64,000 nucleotides of DNA from the NCBI GenBank assembly GCA_905178155.1, contig CAJINV010000020.1, positions 806,001 to 870,000 on the forward strand, read 5' to 3'. Position 1 is the first letter of the stretch. Each line of letters begins with the position of its first letter. A program made the translations under genes and the position numbers. This document shows positions 1-12,000 of the stretch, in pieces. The notes under the pieces were generated by a model that did not search any database, was not told where the DNA came from, and saw only the letters and a list, made by a program, of their open reading frames with translations. Source of the DNA: Amoebophrya sp. A120 (taxonomy: Eukaryota > Protista > Dinoflagellata).

Positions 1-37
1 AAACGAAAACCAGTTCGATCAATTCCGATCCTCGCAA

Positions 38-3000
38 ATGAACCAAAATTTCAACAACTTCAACCACAATGGCAATTTCCACAAAAATTTCCGAATGTCC
101 ACCACCTCCTCCGATGCCGCGGAGCAGGTGCACCTGTTGCAACAGAAGCCGAACCAAAACCTTGACCCGCACAGCCCCCCGTTCGTCGCACACCAGCAGT
201 CTTTGCCCATGCGGCAATCGCAGCCGTTCCGCCCGCCCCAAGGCCTGCCCCGTGCGGCTGGTCCGCGGGAAAGTTTCGGCGTGCCGTGCGAACATAGTGG
301 ACCGAGCCTGGGCAGCGGTCATGTGGGGGGACCCGGCAAGCAGGGCGGGGTGAATCAATCGCCGGCTAATGCGGATTTGATGAGTCCGCAGTTGGAACTC
401 GGTATGCGTATGCAGCAGGAGCAGCAGCAGCAGCAAGGTAAAGGCTTCCTCAATGGAGGTGGAGGACCTGTTACTAAGTGGAACTTTCTAGGAATGAGGA
501 AATTTTGAAAAAATTGCCCCCCCTTCGAATTCTCTTCCGAAAGCAGCAGCTCTTCGTAGCTGTGTTTGGCTGGCGTGGCGCGCCAGCATTTGTTTGCTGT
601 ATTCGAAAATGGAAGCGGGAAGCGACTGTGTCAGAGTTCGGACGCATTGCCGCGCAGTGAAATCACCAAAGCAGGCAGGCGGCTTTTCGGGTGCCACTCA
701 CCTCGATCGCCAACTAGCCATCGCCGGAGGCTCAGCACACACCTACAAAGCCGCGCTTCATCTGAATAACGGCCGCGATCTCTACATGTGCATCGCAGTG
801 AGAGCACCGCGCTAAGGTGGCAGGTCTTTGAGGTCTCTGGGCCTACTCTACCGAACAGCAGCTCGCCGGCAATCGCCTAGTGGGGCTTCCAACCCAAGGC
901 GGCAGCCCTGGAAGGGGCCAATGGGGTCGGGCGCGTGGCCTGGCCGGCTCGAGGAGTTGCAGAAACATTTGAAAAGAATGGCGGAGGACTACCGCGGCGC
1001 CCTCAAGTGCCTCGGCCGGGTTTTGGCGGGGTGCCCCAACAAAGGTCGCGCCCGAGGGCTCAGCCCCGCTCTGCTTTTCTTGGTGTTTCTTGTATGCTTC
1101 AAATAGAGATCTGCGCTTTCCGCTCGTGATTCAATTTCCGAGGAAAATGGCGAAGGGGGGGGTCGCGGGGGGGCCGGAGGGGGCCTCGAGAGGGCCCCCA
1201 CTGAAGGGGGCAAAAATCGCCCCCGTGCCGTCGTGATTCAATTTCCGAGGAAAATGGCGAAGAGGGGGGGGGAAGGCAAGGGGGAGGGGCCGGGGGGCCC
1301 TGAGTTTTCCTCGGAAATTGAATCGCGACGGTATGGCACCGCTTTTTGCCTTGTTTCGAGGCGAATCTGGGAATTGGCCTGCTTTGCCGGCCTTCCCGGG
1401 CTCCCTTTTTTGGGTAGCGAGCGCGGCAACAAAACACGCCCAAAGCGAGGCCAAAACCATCACCATAGCACCGCGATTCAATTTCCGAGGAAAATTTCGA
1501 GTCCGGTGCGAAATGCCCTCAAGTTGGGAGCGGTAGGACCAAAGCCGCGGCAGGTTGGTTCACGGTGGGAAGCTGTCGACGGCGTGGGATATTTAGCGCG
1601 GTTCGGTAAGGGGGTATACCTGCCCCGGTTTAGCCGTTTTATTTGTAGCGCATGGCGTCCATGAGTAGGAAGGCCCATGGCGCTTGAGGTTTTGGCTCAA
1701 TGGCTTTGAGAATGATGCGGGTGTGTGGAGGCGCCACCATTCGGAGAGCAAGGCGCTGTCTTTTAGGTGCAGCCGCGATAAAGCCCATTATATGTGAGCC
1801 ACGGATGGCTCTCCAGGCTCGGCGACCACAGTTGTCCACGGGGCTCTGCGAGCTCGTCTCGCGCAGCGGTATTCGCAAATGGGCCGGCACAGGGCCGCGA
1901 CCTGATATCTCCACCTGCCTACTTTCACCTGGGGACTGAATTTTTTCGAATTTTCCTCATTCCTAGAAACTTCCACTTAGTACCTGTGAACAACCAGAAT
2001 CTCAACAACAATCAGAACCAAAATGCATCAAACCGCAACCCGAAGAACAACGTGCTGAACGCGCAGCAGTTCAACCACAACAATAACTTGCAGTTGAGCG
2101 TGATGCCGTCGCCGGATTACGGATTTTATGGGCAATTTGACGGCCCACCTGGAGGTTTGAACGCCAACTTCAACAATCTTCGCATGCCGATGAATCCACC
2201 ACAAATTATGCCCCGTCCGGGGATGGGGAACAACAGCCACAATTTCTACAACAATCCAGGAGGTGGAATCAATCAACAGCAAAACCACTTTTCTGCTTCG
2301 CAGTTCTACAATCAGCCGAACGATATGAACCAGATCGTGCAGGGTCAGCATCCGCACCAGAATACGACGAACAGTGGGGAAAATAAGCCCAAAAAGCCAC
2401 AGAACCCGTGGATCGGCGGAGACATGGCGGTTTTGTGGACGGACAAGCCCGAGAAGAAAAAGAAGCACTGGCAGGAGGGGTTTCTCCGAATGCAAAACTT
2501 CAACACGTTGGAGCTTTTCAACTCGCAATTGCGGTTTCTGGAGGAGTTTGTGTTCGACGACAAGCATATCACAGGAAAATAAAGTGCTATCGTTAACGGA
2601 ATTTGTGATGCAGCAATGCATCACTATCACTCCACTGAGCGTGCCAGGATTTGTCTTGCATAGCATGCATATTGGGCTACATTTGTGATGCATGACTGCA
2701 ATCTGTGAATAAAACCGTTAACGTTATTGATACTTTTTCTTCGTGATAAAGCAGAAGGAATTGTGGGACAACGACGAGGAGATTTTCTATGGGAAAAAGC
2801 ACGCCATCCAGGTCCTCCCGACGGACGAGTCCGGGGGGTATTGCAAGGCGTACTACTTTTTCCGTGACCGGATACCCAAATACAAAACTACAGATTTGGT
2901 CGGGAACGAATGCAACATGGACTACCACCCCTTGCATTTACCCTTCGAGAACACGTGCAAGGAGCTGAAAGCCAAGCGGGAAAAGGATCGCGACGTGTAC

Positions 3001-4369
3001 AACTACCGCAATTACGTGCGGCCACCGTTATTGCCGTCGTTGAGGAAGCAAAGGTTGCTGCCGGCGAAGAATGGAAGTAATAGTGTCCTCGCCGGACAAA
3101 ATGACGTTGGTAGAAACCTCCGCCCAGGTGGTCGCGAGCAGATGACCCCGGGAGCCGCAGCCAGATTGGAGTGGGAACAACAGCACCGACGGGGAGGTGG
3201 CGTCGGTGCGCGGGCTGCGGCGGGAGCTGCGCAGAGAGTAGTGTTTACTTCTTTTTGTAGCGATAGTGATTTATTTTCATGCATTGCAGCCATTGGCTGC
3301 GGCTGCGCTGTGTCAGGTGGTGGTGGTCGTGCAGCGCATGCAGACTTTCTCTTGTTCTCATTCATGATCTCTTGCACTCCGGTCAACTTTCCACACCTAG
3401 ACCCAAGGGAAGAATTCAAAAAATTTTCTAACTTCAACAAAAAACCAGCCCGATTCCAAGCTGACTTTGCCGGAAGGTCCGCAGAGTGGCGACGCATTTG
3501 TTTTCCTGCGGGACGACGATCAAGCACTGCATCAACACCACGACGACCGCGGCCCACCGCCCCCGTACTTTCCTGGAGCAGGAGCTGAAAACAACTACGG
3601 CCAACAAGGACTGCAGCACTACTTCTTTCCCAATGGGGAGCGGCCCGATGGAATTACGGAAGCCAGTCACCGCGACATCCACGACCGGGAATTCAATCCG
3701 CACATGGGAGGTACTGAATGTGAAGATAATTGTTCCCAGTACATGTCCCGACAGAGGCAGAACCAGTGGCGTGGTCCTGCTCAGCACGGTGGAATCGTTA
3801 GTCCGGAAGTTGTCGGCGATGATCAACAGTCGGAAATATCATCAAATGGGTCGAACATGAACCAACACGTCCCGTTTGCGGGCAACAATCCCCGGGGGAG
3901 AAAAATCCACACCCGAGGTGATTCTGCAGTGGGGAACCGCATCAACATCAGAAGCCGGTCCCGGAGTCCGCGGCGGCGCGCCGGCGCGGAACTGTTGATT
4001 GGCGGGAAGGAGATTGAAGTAGAGGATTTCGACGAGGAGGAGGACGAATTGTTTCACGCTACAAGCGCTGAGGAGCAGCAAAAACAGGAGCAAGAAATGC
4101 GGATGCGGCAGCAACTACAGTATAGTCTTCAGCAACAGGAACAGCAACTGCATATGCAGAAGAACAACAAGTCGTCTTTCCAGACCGCGGACAAAATTTC
4201 GTACAATGACCCACTAGCGAGAGAGATGCGGGAGCGCGCCGACGCGTTGAATGCGAAGAAGGGCCGCGGAGGGGGTGGGAGGAATAAGTCGAAACTGAAT
4301 CTGAATTTGTCCTCGATGAAATCGTCACCAGCGGAATCTGGTTCGGAGGATATGATGTACGCGAGGTGA
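38..4369 (+). CDS. Asn/Gln-rich protein with a DUF2439 (ZGRF1/Mte1 N-terminal)-like domain; probably 5'-partial
   Basis: Exons 38-471, 1988-2566, 2754-3237, 3449-4369 join in frame (2418 nt); the frame is open back to base 2. MAVLWTDKPEKKKKHWQEGFLRM resembles the DUF2439 pattern VLYT..K.KK.K.W.DG.L (recognised from memory). Confidence 0.6.
472..1982. mobile_element. 1.5-kb TIR intron element (large introner)
   Basis: Left TACTAAGTGGAACTTTCTAGGAATGAGGAAA, right TTTCCTCATTCCTAGAAACTTCCACTTAGTA (1 mismatch in 31); DR CCTGT; removal gives GGP-V-NNQ in frame. Confidence 0.9.
1125..1494. repeat. Four copies of CG(T/C)GATTCAATTTCCGAGGAAAA inside the large element
   Basis: Forward at ~1125, ~1232 and ~1472; inverted at ~1305-1328; G-rich spacers follow the first two copies. 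Confidence 0.85.
2567..2748. mobile_element. Introner, family G (TATCAC...CGTTAACGG)
   Basis: TATCAC...GTGATA; DR AAGCA; restores DDK-Q-KELW. Confidence 0.85.
3238..3448 (+). other. Canonical GT-AG intron
   Basis: GTAGTG...CTAAC...AAAAAACCAG; phase 0, joins ORF 2743 to the frame of ORF 3467. Confidence 0.6.
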
Positions 4370-5762
4370 GGAGAGAGTAATAACTCGAGCTGGATTCTTG
4401 GAGGAGGTGGCCGCACTGATTATGCACAGTGGTATGGTCGTAAAAATTGCGTTTCCGTCATGTACTTAGTTTCAAGGGTGGGAGCAGCTGCCGGATATAA
4501 TACTTTGTTTTCTGTATGATTACGACAAGAAGGACAATGACTCATCTTTTTGATTTGATATACAGAGCTTTGGTTTCTCTTTCTTCAGTTTTGAGCTGAT
4601 TAGATTTTGTTTCATCCGTCGCTTGCAACGAATGAAAAAACCTGACGGGAGCGGCACAGAGAAGGCAAGTTGAATAAAAAAAAATAATGAATGAAGAAAT
4701 GAAAAAAGAAATGAGATAAAAAGACGGCGTGTCAATATGTTACTTACCTAGTAACGATTTTGCAACTCCTAGAGCTTCTTATACCCCGCGTTTTCTATAT
4801 TTTGACAAAACAAACTTTCAGTTTCTAATTCAGTTCGTGAACGTGAACTGCGAGGCCGAAGTTACTTTGTTTCGAATCCAAGTGAGCTTAAACAGATAGA
4901 TCGATGAAAAACGCTTGCGTTTCTACAGCTACTACAAGAACGCAAACAGAAAGAAAAATTACAGCACGAACTGCAAATAATGAACGAAATTTCAGATAAC
5001 AAAATGCAGCGACTGGTAGACGATACATAACATCTACAGGAAATGAAAGCAGCTGCTGTAGTACTGAGATTCTCTACAACCAAAACGAACCAAATGAATC
5101 TGTTAAAGTGGTGCTTTTTCTTTTCTTAGGGTCCGTTTTTATAATTTTGCTCGAAGTTGTATATTGCAAAGCAGAGAACTAGTCCTCGAAAAAAACGCTT
5201 CACCTTTTCGTTTTCGACACTCGCAAGAACTAAAAAGCTGCTGCACAGCAATTCAATTCAGAATGCAATGCCGATGCGCAGACCATGCGCAAATGAACCA
5301 TTAATCTCAAGAACAAAATGGGTTTCCAATCCGCGAGCTTGGTTTTTGGTTTGTATACGAATACAGAACAGAAACGAGAGGTATGAATCGCCAAAGGGCG
5401 TATTAACCCTCCAGATGAAAGAAGCATCTCAACTCCGACTGTTTATCTAATCCGCGGCTGAGCAATATGTTTATGTTCTTCTTGCGCGAAATGTTAAATT
5501 TGCGTGTGGGTGTGCCTCAAGCATGTTGTGTTTGGGTTTGCGAGACGAGTGAGTGGGGAACGAAAAGCTCAAAAGTAAAAGAGAGAGTGGCTTAGAAGTA
5601 CTAGATAGTTGGATGTTGACTTCTGTAGCGGGTTCCTTGTTTTATCTAAGAGCGGCAAAAAGTCTGCTTTCTCGACCCTCGCTACTGGCGGTGCTGTAGT
5701 TGGTTCCGGTTCGTCACTCGGTGCAGTGTGGTCGTTTAGTTCCGTTGCCAAAAATCGCGAAG

Positions 5763-7945
5763 ATGGTCCGTTTGGGCAAGATCTATCCCATCAAAATTCC
5801 GAAGGAGGTGGCCATTCGGAATGGGAAGCTGTCCTTGTTCCAGCTTGGCGTGCAGGTTCTAGTCGTGTCCCTGTTGTTGTGGCAGTTCATCAAGGAACGA
5901 ATGTACTACGTGGTGCAGATTCCGCAGGGCTTTCCCAACGCATGGGTAGGCGGCTCGGGTAACGCGGATGCCTCTGCGGTGAGCGCGGACTACAGTTCGG
6001 ACATCTGCCGCGACAACCAGTCCTTTCTGTACAAGTACTCCGCGGGCTGGACCCACGGGGCCTACCAGTGCCTGCAGACCCCCAAAGCGGAGGCCGGGTT
6101 CAAGATCGGCAAGCGCGAGATCTACTTTCCCACCTACTTCCGTGAAACCATCGTGGAGACGGAATCTGGGAGCACCTGCAGCTCCGCGTCGTTTTGCACG
6201 AGCTCTGTCAGCTGCAGCCACAACAGTCTCTCGCAGGCGCCGTTATACAACTTCGGCCAGAAGTGCTTCGAGGATGCGACCGAAAACAATGTCCCGGCGT
6301 GGAACGGCCCAGCTGGCTCGCAGTCCCCGTCGCACGCTCACCAGAACGTCCGGAAGTGTTCGTGTAACCAACAGTCGCACTACCTCGTCGCGGGTGTATC
6401 GTCCAGGAAAATGACATTTGAGCACATCTTCAAGGTAAGTACAGAAATTGGAATGTTCATTTTACGTGGGCAAATGCGAACGAGATCATGCAGAAGCGCA
6501 AGCGTCTGTGATGCATGAGAAGCATGGACGCCAGCATTGCATTTTCATTACAGTGCTCCGCAAGAAATCAATGGAACAACGTGAACATCGAATGCTGCAA
6601 AAGCATATCAAAGTTACAGCACAGGCAGAGCAAAGCACCAAATAAAAACCTTCAGGTTACCGCCGCGGACACGGAGGTTTCTGGTTCCTCTGGAACCCCA
6701 AAAGCGGTTGCGGACGAGGATGAGAACAAACTGCCGGTGGTGTCCATTATCATGCGGAAAGACCAGGACGGTGCCTACTCCGAGTACGATTGCTCCTACA
6801 TACAGGTGGGCGGCAAGCCCGGGCAGTGCCGGTTTTCGGAGACCGCGGGCGTCCCGAACCCCCCTACCCTGACGCTGCAAGACTGGGTGGCGGCCGCCAG
6901 TAACGGGGACATCGACCTGCAAAACGCGGACGCACGCAACCCGTCCATCGCCAGCAACCAGGCGGGCTCGGGCTATGACGCGCGGGCCCCCTACCGGCTC
7001 ACGGGAGTGGAAGTAGTGGTATCGATCGAATACGTGGGGCCGGCCTTCCACAACCGCATTCCGGATGACGTGGACTTGTCCGGCTTCGGCAATCACATGG
7101 TCGCGCTCATCAAGGTCAGCGTGAATCAGGCGATGTGGACGGGGCTCCCGCACCTGGCGTACCAGAAGCCCACGACGTCGTACTTCGGCGACATCAGCAA
7201 CTTCAACAAGGGCAAGTTTCGCGAGCGCTACTACTACGGAATTCGGTTTCTGTTCACCACCTCCACTTCCTCCGCCTACGGGGCGTTTTCCTGGACCGAT
7301 TTCCTGACCGGTATGGCCGTGTTCAAGGTGTACTTCGGTGCCGCGGGGGCCATCGTGGTGCTGTTCGCTTTGACCGCACTCGGCCGGCTGTCCCTGCAGT
7401 ACAAGCGAGCGACGCTGACGCCCCTGGACCTCGAGTACGAGGCGACGCGGGTCGCCCCGGCGCGGATCCTGGTAGCGGTGTCGGCGTTCCACGGTATGTG
7501 CAAGATTCTGGAGGACGAAAGCCCCAAACTGCTACTCACGGACGAAAAGGGAAACCGGGTGATCCACGCGAAATCGGTGAACGCCGATGTGCTGAACAAG
7601 TGCTTTGGCAAGGTGTTTGGGTCGGGCAAGATCCAACTCGGCTCCGGGGGCATCGAGGCCTTGAGCGAGGCGGTGCTGGCCACGCTGGGCGACGAGCACA
7701 GTCTGGACGTCGAAAAGTTCGTCAACGCCTATCTTGCCTGCGATTGCTTGGACCTCACGGAGATGCAGCAGGTTTTCGACGAGGAAAGGCAAGTGGGCCG
7801 ACTGGAGCAGTTTTTCGCCTCGCCCCTGGAGCTCCCGTTCGCGTGCGAAAACCTGATGAACCGGAGGGGCAATAAGGAGATTGACGGGTCCAGCCAGGAA
7901 GCGTCGCCGCGACAGGCCGGCCAGATCCAGATGCAGCAGCCGTAA
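5763..7945 (+). CDS. P2X-receptor-like two-TM ion channel (~653 aa)
   Basis: N-terminal IPKEVAIRNGKLSLFQLGVQVLVV (TM1), Cys-rich ectodomain, YYYGIRFLF motif before TM2; exons 5763-6434 and 6656-7945. Confidence 0.75.
6435..6655 (+). other. Canonical GT-AG intron
   Basis: AAG|GTAAGT...AATAAAAACCTTCAG|GTT, in frame. Confidence 0.85.
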
Positions 7946-7996
7946 ATTGAATCGAGGCCCGCGGGGGCAACTGCTCAAAAAATGTTGATTTCCACG

Positions 7997-8017
7997 TCTC
8001 TCTCTCTCTCTCTCTCT
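7997..8017. repeat. (TC)n microsatellite downstream of the P2X-like gene
   Basis: About 10 TC units. Confidence 0.9.
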
Positions 8018-9030
8018 GTTGTACAGTTAAGACGATGAGGAAAAAACAGATTTACTTATATTTGAAGCGAGGAACGTATTTGGAAGAAGCAGCCAGTTAC
8101 CGTTCCCACGTGTAGCTGGTTTCTTGATGCACAGTAAAACTACTACGGTAAAAACACCATCAGAATTATCTTCCCTTGAGACCAGCAGCACTGTCTCTGC
8201 TAAAGAGCAGTAGATGGTACTTTTTTTTTATACAACTACTTTTCTTCCCCCTTTTTTTGCTGAATAGTTAGCCTCCTCACGTATGCGATAGCACATGGTC
8301 TGTCGGATGGTCTTTTTTCGAAGGCGCATCGCCAGCATTAATGTACGATTTGGCTTTTCATCAGACAATTTTCTCTGACCACACATGTTGAAGAGTTACA
8401 CTTACACAGCACAACATAGGATGATGCGATCAGATACAGACTAGGACTAGCATGAACTGTGCATGAACTAGCATGATAGGCTAGAGGCTGTATTTCTCTC
8501 GCTCTGGAGCTTGACGCCTACGCACCTCGACTATGAAATTTTTGCGGAACAACTCCCATTTTTCCAAGAGCAAATTTATGCCCAGCATAAATACACGAGT
8601 TTGTGTCGGATTCTAAACAGACACGCGGCAGCGACCTCTCTCTTCTTTAGTGCAGCGGAAACCGAAACAAGTACAAGCTCTTTGGCTTGAGCGAAAAACT
8701 TTTTCGGCGGTTTGGTCTGTCTTTCTTTTCTCGTATACATAAATGATCCTACTAGTAATGATGACGCACCACAATTTCAGCACGGTTTCTGATGATCTGC
8801 TCATGCTCCGCTGCGTAACTACAAGTAACAAGCAAAAGCCGAGCATCATTTTCCCTGACAAACGAGGTCTCTTGACGATGATGCGACTCCATTGTTGGCA
8901 TTGGCAAAAGGGGTCTCTGTGATCACAGTTGCACAACATTGATTAACATTTTCAGATCTAGTACTATTCAAGAAGGGAGTTTATTTCAGTCTCCATATGA
9001 ATTTTTGTGCAGAAGCAGATCAATTTTAAT

Positions 9031-12000
9031 ATGCCATTCTGGAAGATGGGATTTTCTTCCCTCTATGCAGCCTTCCATTGGGCTGTACGCTGCGTGGCTG
9101 TTTTTCAACTTTTTGCTGTGTTTCTCCAACAAATTGGATGCTGCTCCAGCACGACCGCGGCCGCCCTCGAGAGGACAATCTCGCCTCCAGAAGATACAAT
9201 CGCGTTCGCGAGGGAGAGGCCGCAGCGACCGAGAAGGGCCGCTGGCCCGCTGCCTTTTTCTGGAAACGACCATGGCTTGGCGACCACGTCCACGGACACA
9301 ACAACTTCAACTGCAGCGCCGCCACTGCCAAGCTCGGCGAGAGGAAGCCGAAGCACTGACGTGACTACTTCTGATGAACTTCATTTTCACCATCACCACA
9401 TTCAGCCTCGCAGTAGTGCCATACCTCCGCGTGGCGGTGTCTTCGCACCCGCATCTTCTGCATCATCTTCACGATGGAGGACAACGGGTGAAATAGCAAG
9501 AAGAGACCAAGGAGATGAAGAAGAAGAACCACGCTCGTGTTGCAAGGCCACCGGATCTTCTAGTTCAGGATCAGGTGGCACCGCCAGGAAAAGCTCAGCG
9601 TTGCAGCAGTCGTCTTCAGCCGGGGGACAACTAGGCTTTGCATTGCCATTTCGAGACCCGCGGGTTGTCGTCGACGTTGCGCCAGTGCGGCCGTTGTGCC
9701 GCGCGCGGCACTTTTTTCAGAAAACGTCAACAAAGACGCGATGTACAACTTGGGACGCTCCTCAGACACAGTCCTATGTTCATTCCGAAGCGGCTTCCTC
9801 AGCGGGCAGCGCAAGTTCCAGCTCGTCGTCTGAAAAGAAGGCGAGAACTTCTGAAGACGAGACCCCTGAGTTGCACGCTGACGATCACGCTCAGGCTCCG
9901 TCCTTTTTGGAATACCAGTTTCCCGGCTTAGTCTCACGCGCGGACGAAGTAGACCAAGAAGACTCATCGTCGCAAATAGCAGCTGGTCGTGGTGAAGATG
10001 CAAGTGCCAGTGCCTCATCAAACGAGAAACGGAGAGAAACGACTACGAAACCAACTACCGCACAAGGAAAAAACCACGAAGGTACACACACACCTCATCC
10101 ACACTCCATTTTTTTCCAGGACCATCTCCCAAAAGAATTGCTTCCGCGGTTGAATGCCTTCACGGAAATGCCGAACATACCGCAGACCTTCGAAGCGGTC
10201 CACGTGGGCGTGCAACTCGTGCCGCAGAGCCGCTCGGGTGGTCCCAGTTTCCAGACCCATCTGCGGATCCAGGCACGGTTTGCCTTTGTGGTGCCCACAC
10301 TGCACGCGTTGATCCAAAAGTTCCGGGAAGAGGTGAAAAAAACACTGCACGCCGCTTACGACGACTACGATTTGCCACACTGGTGGGCAGGCCGGGGTCG
10401 TCGTAGGGACGATGATCTAAATAATATGGCGAAATGGAAATGTAGTTCAACAGGAGCTCCTGCAAATAAACGTGGTCAACAAACAACTACTCCATCTAGT
10501 ACCTCGGCGCACAACCTGTCTCTGCCACAACTCCTTCCCCCGCTACTTCCAACAGCGAGAAATGACGTTTCCCGGATCGATCCAGAGTTACGTGAGAAAT
10601 TTTGCGGCGCTTCTGTAGATGAGTCCTCTGCAGCGTCGACTGACCGCGTTCGCCGATGGAAAAGGGCGAAGGCGAAAACTCGAGACAGGTTACAAGTGAA
10701 GCTGACCGACTCGGAGATCGATGAAGCTGACCAAGAATTTGACGTAGACATGGTGCATGCGCAAAAATTCGATCGGATTGCCGCAGTTTCTTACGGGTTC
10801 CGCCAGGGCATGAACGACGAAATCTTCGAGCGGTTAACTAGCAGCGGAAGCAGTACTAGCTCCTCAACACCTACCTCGAGCGCTGCCAGCACACCCGCTT
10901 TTGCCGCAAACGCGGGTGGTCGTCGGGAAGGAGAAGAGGAGCCGAATGATCTGACTATAATTGGCACCGACCACCGAACCAGTCCCTCTGTGGGCGCCGG
11001 GCTGGTGGGGTCTTCTAGTTCATCTAGTGCGGCTGCAACTGCATCATCTTCATCGTCGCAGCTGCAGCCTGGTTCTTTTGTTCCGCGCGACCAACAATCC
11101 CCCGCAGCACTCACAAGTACTCCGGCGGATCACGCAGCTGCGGACTCGATGCACGCTAAAGAGCAGCGACGACTGCGACACGAGGCTGCGTTTTACAAAA
11201 GACTAAAAGCGCTGCGCATGCTCGTTCGCAGCGAGTGGGGCGACACGGATTACATTCGCGTCCAAATCGGGCGGTTTACCGTTTCTTACTACGAAAGCAG
11301 CCGAGAAAATGCGAAGTCGGTCTTCCTCCCCTTTCATGTCGGTATGGAGGGGACGCCTGGAACACTGCTCGCCACCTACCTTCGGGACACCCAAATTTTT
11401 TCCTGTCACGAGATGCGGATGGCCTTCCTGCGGGCGAAAGGCTTTCCCACAAGTCTGGTCGCGACAAGACAGGGAGGTGCTGCTGGCACGACGGCGTTGG
11501 GACGTGGAGGAGAGCCGCGTAGTTCTTTTAGTCCACAACTGCAAAAAACGTTGTACCAAAGCAAATCTGTTGAAGCTGAGCTGCGCAATGAGTATGAGGC
11601 TAGGGGACCAGCAATGTTGGCTTCAGGTGGTTCCGAAAGGGCGCCGAGACGAATTATACGATCCTTGAAGTATAGCGTGGCGGAGGGGAGGTGGAGGAGT
11701 TTTGCTGAAGCTATTTCAGCAGGCACGGGACCCCGGCGCCGCCAGAAGAGGAGGTACAATAAGAGGCTGGCGGAACAACCGGGAAGGCTAGGCAGTCAGA
11801 ATCAGGAACAACCCGCTCCCGCGGCGCAAGACGACGATCCACATCCAAGTGGCCGACCTGCGCAACGTACCGATCTACTTATCGGGGGGCACGATTTAGA
11901 TCATCTCAAGGGAGATGCACTAGACGAGGAGGATGAACAAAACAGTAGCAGCGGAACCGATATGGACGACCCAGAGCTACTGGAAAATACTCTTCACACG

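Noticed and set aside
1690-1700. TTTTGGCTCAA matching part of the dinoflagellate spliced leader
   Set aside because: Only 11 nt, lacks the rest of the leader and is not at a gene start; may be chance.
488-1976. Short ORFs inside the 1.5-kb element as a transposase
   Set aside because: All under 150 aa, repeat-derived, with no catalytic motif recognised.
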